Below, piece after piece: positions 43,501 to 45,724 of a stretch of DNA of 45,724 nt. The stretch comes from a virus (taxonomy: Duplodnaviria > Caudoviricetes), in IMG/VR virus record IMGVR_UViG_3300008255_000022, positions 1 to 45,724 of that record; one strand, given 5' to 3'. A program made the position numbers and the translations under genes. Position 1 is the first letter of the stretch, and each line of letters opens with the position of its first letter. The notes under the pieces were generated by a model. That model was not told the DNA's origin and ran no database searches. It saw only the letters and a program-made list of their open reading frames with translations.

Positions 43501-45584
43501 GTTTTGTACTTTGATCCCTCAGGGATTATGATAAAGATTGGCTGACCATTATCCGTCTCATTAAAAACAGTACCACCACTTGATGATTGATATGCCTCAT
43601 CATTTTTGTATACAGCAAAACCACGACGAGCAAATGCTTCATATATACGCTGAGCGTGTTCACTAACAGTCGTGTCACTGGCGAGGTTTTTACCTTCTGA
43701 TGAAGCCTGTTCAAGCATAGCTTGATATGCAACAAAGCCAAGACCTGTTCCGCGAATCTTGTCCTCAAGATGCGAAGTCCTTATTTGTAGATAATCTACT
43801 TCTATGTTACTAGCATATAAATCACCAAGTACCTCATCGGCACTGTTAAGATAACCTAATCTAATATAGTCACCAAAATTAATAATCTCTGCTTTAACAT
43901 CAGTAGGGTTATACAAACCTTCAGCCACATTCAAACCGAACGCTTCCATAAGCTCAGTGTTCGGCAACCGAAGCTTACCTGTGGCCACAGCATGTTCTAG
44001 ATACTTTGCATAGGTATCTTGCAGATCACTCATTGGCTCCAGACCAAACCAAGTAAGTGCATCTCGCATCAATCCAGCATCATCAGTAGATACAACAAAG
44101 ATAACAGTACCATTAATCCCATCAGCAGTAATACTCTCTCCATCATTAAAGATATTAATAGCAAACTGTGGATTATCCGTGTTGTTGAAAACAGCAACAG
44201 GACTATCCGGCACTCCTATATTCTGTGGCATGAAGTCTATGAAGCCAGGAGCAGTAAATGCCTCTTCATAGGTTGCTTGCGCAGGACCACGAACTTCTGT
44301 TAGCTGTTCATTAAGCTGTGCAGCATTCTCTTCTGCATCTGGACTCAGACTAGGTTCATCCAATCTGGCTGTTAATCCAGTGTAACCAAGCTTCTCAAGC
44401 ATATCACGAAGTTCAGCCTCCGTGTTATCTCCTTCTGGTAACCTACCACGCAGACCACGAATACGCTCAACAGCAATGGTTGCAGCTTTCAGTGTACCTG
44501 GATCATTGATTTGCTCCTCAGTAATAGGAGCATCTTTGAACGTTTGAACAAACTCATTAACAGGCTCAGCTTGAGCTTTTGCCTGAAACTTATCTACATA
44601 CTTACGAGCTTCTTCAAGCGAAGAAATAAGTTTCGGATCTTCAGTCGCTTTAATCCTATCATTAATGGCACCGAGAGTAGCATTAGACGCACCACCAAGG
44701 ATACCTCCAATTAAAGCACTCTCAACCACATCATCCATATACTTTCTGGAAGCATCATACATATCCTTCGCAACAATGTTGCTCATGTATGTCTGCGTTC
44801 CTTCCTGTATGAACTCCTCCAAACTACCAGCAGCAATACGACCAACAGCTTTTTTAAATGAACCACCTGTAACCTCGTCCAATCGACGAAGTGTGCGGCC
44901 TACAGGAATTGCGTCCGTAGCACCAATTGGGAGGTTCAACAAGAAGGTATTAAACGCTGTATCCTCATCACCAGTAGCTTGAAGAGCAGCATCAAATTCA
45001 CTCGCTGCTTGTGTCAATGCACCCTGACCAAGAGCCAATGCAGGTCCGGCATAGGGTATAGCTGCCACACCAATGGTACCAGCAAGCTGACCACCACCAG
45101 TGAGTAGTTTCATCAGGAACTCATCCTGGAACTCAGGGTTTGTAGGAAACACTTCATCCAGACCACGACCAAGCTGTTCGCCAAATTGATACACCTTACT
45201 ATCCTCTATCGAGGTGAAGGAATCAATTTCCTCTTGTGGGATTTGATTAACCTTAGCCAATCCCTCCACACTCTGATCGAGTAAGATAGCTGCTGATTTC
45301 GGAAGTTGTTCTGCGAAAGGACGAAGAAAACCTTTGGCCGCTGAACTAAAGCCACTAAAAAACCTACCAACATCACTGTTATCTTCCTGGGGCTGCGTAG
45401 GAGTTGTGGGACCTCCATCCAGGAATTTAACAGTGCTGTCAGTAGGCTGTGGTGCAGGTTCGTCAAGAAACCGTACAGTTGACTGAGTGCTCTTTTCAAG
45501 CTCCTCGTCGAGAAAACGTACCTTACCTACATCAGTTGTAGACTGAGATACAGTTGGTGCTTCATCGAGAAAACGTACAGGCAT
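40515..45584 (-). CDS. Large ejection / polyvalent protein with internal GNAT-like domain
   Basis: 1689 aa; hydrophobic Gly/Ala helices with E..QE..Q motif; RGTGLG GNAT motif A; LPD38-like C-terminal region (DYS, PLFGTFVSF); last gene of the virion arm. Confidence 0.7.
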   Translation of the reverse strand: MPVRFLDEAPTVSQSTTDVGKVRFLDEELEKSTQSTVRFLDEPAPQPTDSTVKFLDGGPTTPTQPQEDNSDVGRFFSGFSSAAKGFLRPFAEQLPKSAAILLDQSVEGLAKVNQIPQEEIDSFTSIEDSKVYQFGEQLGRGLDEVFPTNPEFQDEFLMKLLTGGGQLAGTIGVAAIPYAGPALALGQGALTQAASEFDAALQATGDEDTAFNTFLLNLPIGATDAIPVGRTLRRLDEVTGGSFKKAVGRIAAGSLEEFIQEGTQTYMSNIVAKDMYDASRKYMDDVVESALIGGILGGASNATLGAINDRIKATEDPKLISSLEEARKYVDKFQAKAQAEPVNEFVQTFKDAPITEEQINDPGTLKAATIAVERIRGLRGRLPEGDNTEAELRDMLEKLGYTGLTARLDEPSLSPDAEENAAQLNEQLTEVRGPAQATYEEAFTAPGFIDFMPQNIGVPDSPVAVFNNTDNPQFAINIFNDGESITADGINGTVIFVVSTDDAGLMRDALTWFGLEPMSDLQDTYAKYLEHAVATGKLRLPNTELMEAFGLNVAEGLYNPTDVKAEIINFGDYIRLGYLNSADEVLGDLYASNIEVDYLQIRTSHLEDKIRGTGLGFVAYQAMLEQASSEGKNLASDTTVSEHAQRIYEAFARRGFAVYKNDEAYQSSSGGTVFNETDNGQPIFIIIPEGSKYKTIPPNYSKFEVEGQAAPDTPTPPPTDNAEGRNLPAVRNNLPATQNTGVQRNVTTPETTDDGTGTMPPPPRQNTSGTEFGGFTRKQLPPSEPSDVSPDDPTLDLSQDQGIGTWRQKIMRWLDLRLGAPKSILKKDRTRQGQLAKEVVTVNQNLENIINALRIQHLGKDSGIDIKRFFATDEIGRIPDIVWEAMDHVLRGNAERMQNVPALRAGPREPYFDGVRMLPPVAGQTQKVGITAELINDELWGALTAARLHIDKLSRTLVREGLAEGPLELAISKNIGTYLHRAYKKNEDPKWARNVPEDVMIKAYDFIRDQYKAAGTELSDTAINNLIQDILGNTSNSEFAIIAGEKLGRVDTSPLKKRGDIAPEIRALMGEYTNPLANYVRTLGKVANIVHNGLHLREVAEQYKGIYFFDDVKDAPFGFTQRISATNNESFGALAGLYTHPEIAEAFRESYRDADTYGGLAQWAIGINSIAKYSKTVLNQITHVRNIAGGGFFMLANGHNVTKQHMKDALKAFWVVSANKTPAKFAAKMRRYAELGLDVEGAKAGELQGVINATITGSKGSNDQFLDSFNHVLTKPGSIFSKLRYGSEKMADIYRAEDVALRILMFEAENARLQDAYEGSGRTREDIEAEAAEVIKGVYQDYSRVPARIRNLSKFPLFGTFVSFQSEVIRTTFNTIERAKLEIASDNPKLRKIGWRRMAGVTAMIAVNTIAAGVGMFLTGTDEEEDKDIKQFTPPWDANSPLIYLNDDKLRRRYINPSQYNPYSLLSDPINALILGKEEEFIPTYLEAWKQLGSRFFSEEIMLQKVREVASNKRIPFGGPVYNPGQSLGEQAATITAHMWNGLEPGVINSTQRLYRSAVGRPERSGKQLDLESEVLASFFGFRTNELNVPISLRFRAIEFEKEVRDARTIFNKAKGDPRSTLRDLYKADRAANDSYGRAFEKMRRTYEGAYRLGLEPSTIEGIFKEAGVTKDRTNQVELGARDWIEFDY

Positions 45585-45724
45585 TAGTCAATGATAGCCA
45601 TACGACCATTAATAGATACAAGACCCTTCTTACCACTGGCTTGCGCTTCTTCTACGCTCTTAAAAGAAGGAGGAGGATTAGGACCGTTGGGCAATTCCTG
45701 CACACTCAGTCCAAGCATATCAGC
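45584..45724 (-). CDS. 3' end of the ejection gene that starts at 1170 (ends ...INGRMAIID*)
   Basis: Stop TAA at 45586-45584 overlaps the ATG of the 1689-aa gene (TAATG). Confidence 0.75.
   Translation of the reverse strand, partial: ADMLGLSVQELPNGPNPPPSFKSVEEAQASGKKGLVSINGRMAIID
45602..45724. repeat. Terminal direct repeat, copy 2
   Basis: Identical to bases 1-123. Confidence 0.95.

Noticed and set aside
45602-45724. 123-bp repeat as a biological terminal repeat
   Set aside because: It falls mid-gene and is best explained as assembler overlap of a circular contig
1-45724. Lysogeny module, reverse transcriptase/DGR or alternative genetic code
   Set aside because: No integrase, CI-type repressor or RT motifs seen; standard-code ORFs tile the genome densely

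Overview
The window is an apparently complete, circularly assembled 45,601-bp podovirus-like dsDNA phage genome; bases 1-123 recur exactly at 45602-45724. A minus-strand virion/lysis arm runs from about 17933 down through base 1 and wraps to about 40515: terS, holin-like genes, M15 endolysin, beta-propeller fibre, terL, portal, scaffold, major capsid, adaptor, nozzle and three ejection proteins. One ejection gene crosses the contig end and is missing from the ORF track. A GT2-TPR glycosyltransferase follows on the same strand. A plus-strand early/replication arm (18432-39222) encodes J-domain and vWA proteins, a sulfotransferase-like protein, PD-(D/E)XK nuclease, AAA_24 ATPase, DUF669 SSB, tRNA-Met, a ParB-HTH-methyltransferase fusion, DUF1937, a UDG-PolA(His762) polymerase, DUF3987 and a second glycosyltransferase. 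I recognised no integrase, RNA polymerase or primase. The main unexplained signals are: (1) 13 copies of a 27-bp dyad AGVATN-GGTTAATWATTAACC-NATBCT at gene junctions, mostly every 3-6 kb around the circle, with a KorB/Noc-like ParB fusion as candidate binder; (2) AG/CT-dinucleotide-poor islands in otherwise AG/CT-rich DNA, hinting at context-specific DNA modification; (3) an origin-like inverted iteron region at about 19.1-19.5 kb. All protein calls come from motif recognition by eye; no database searches were run.
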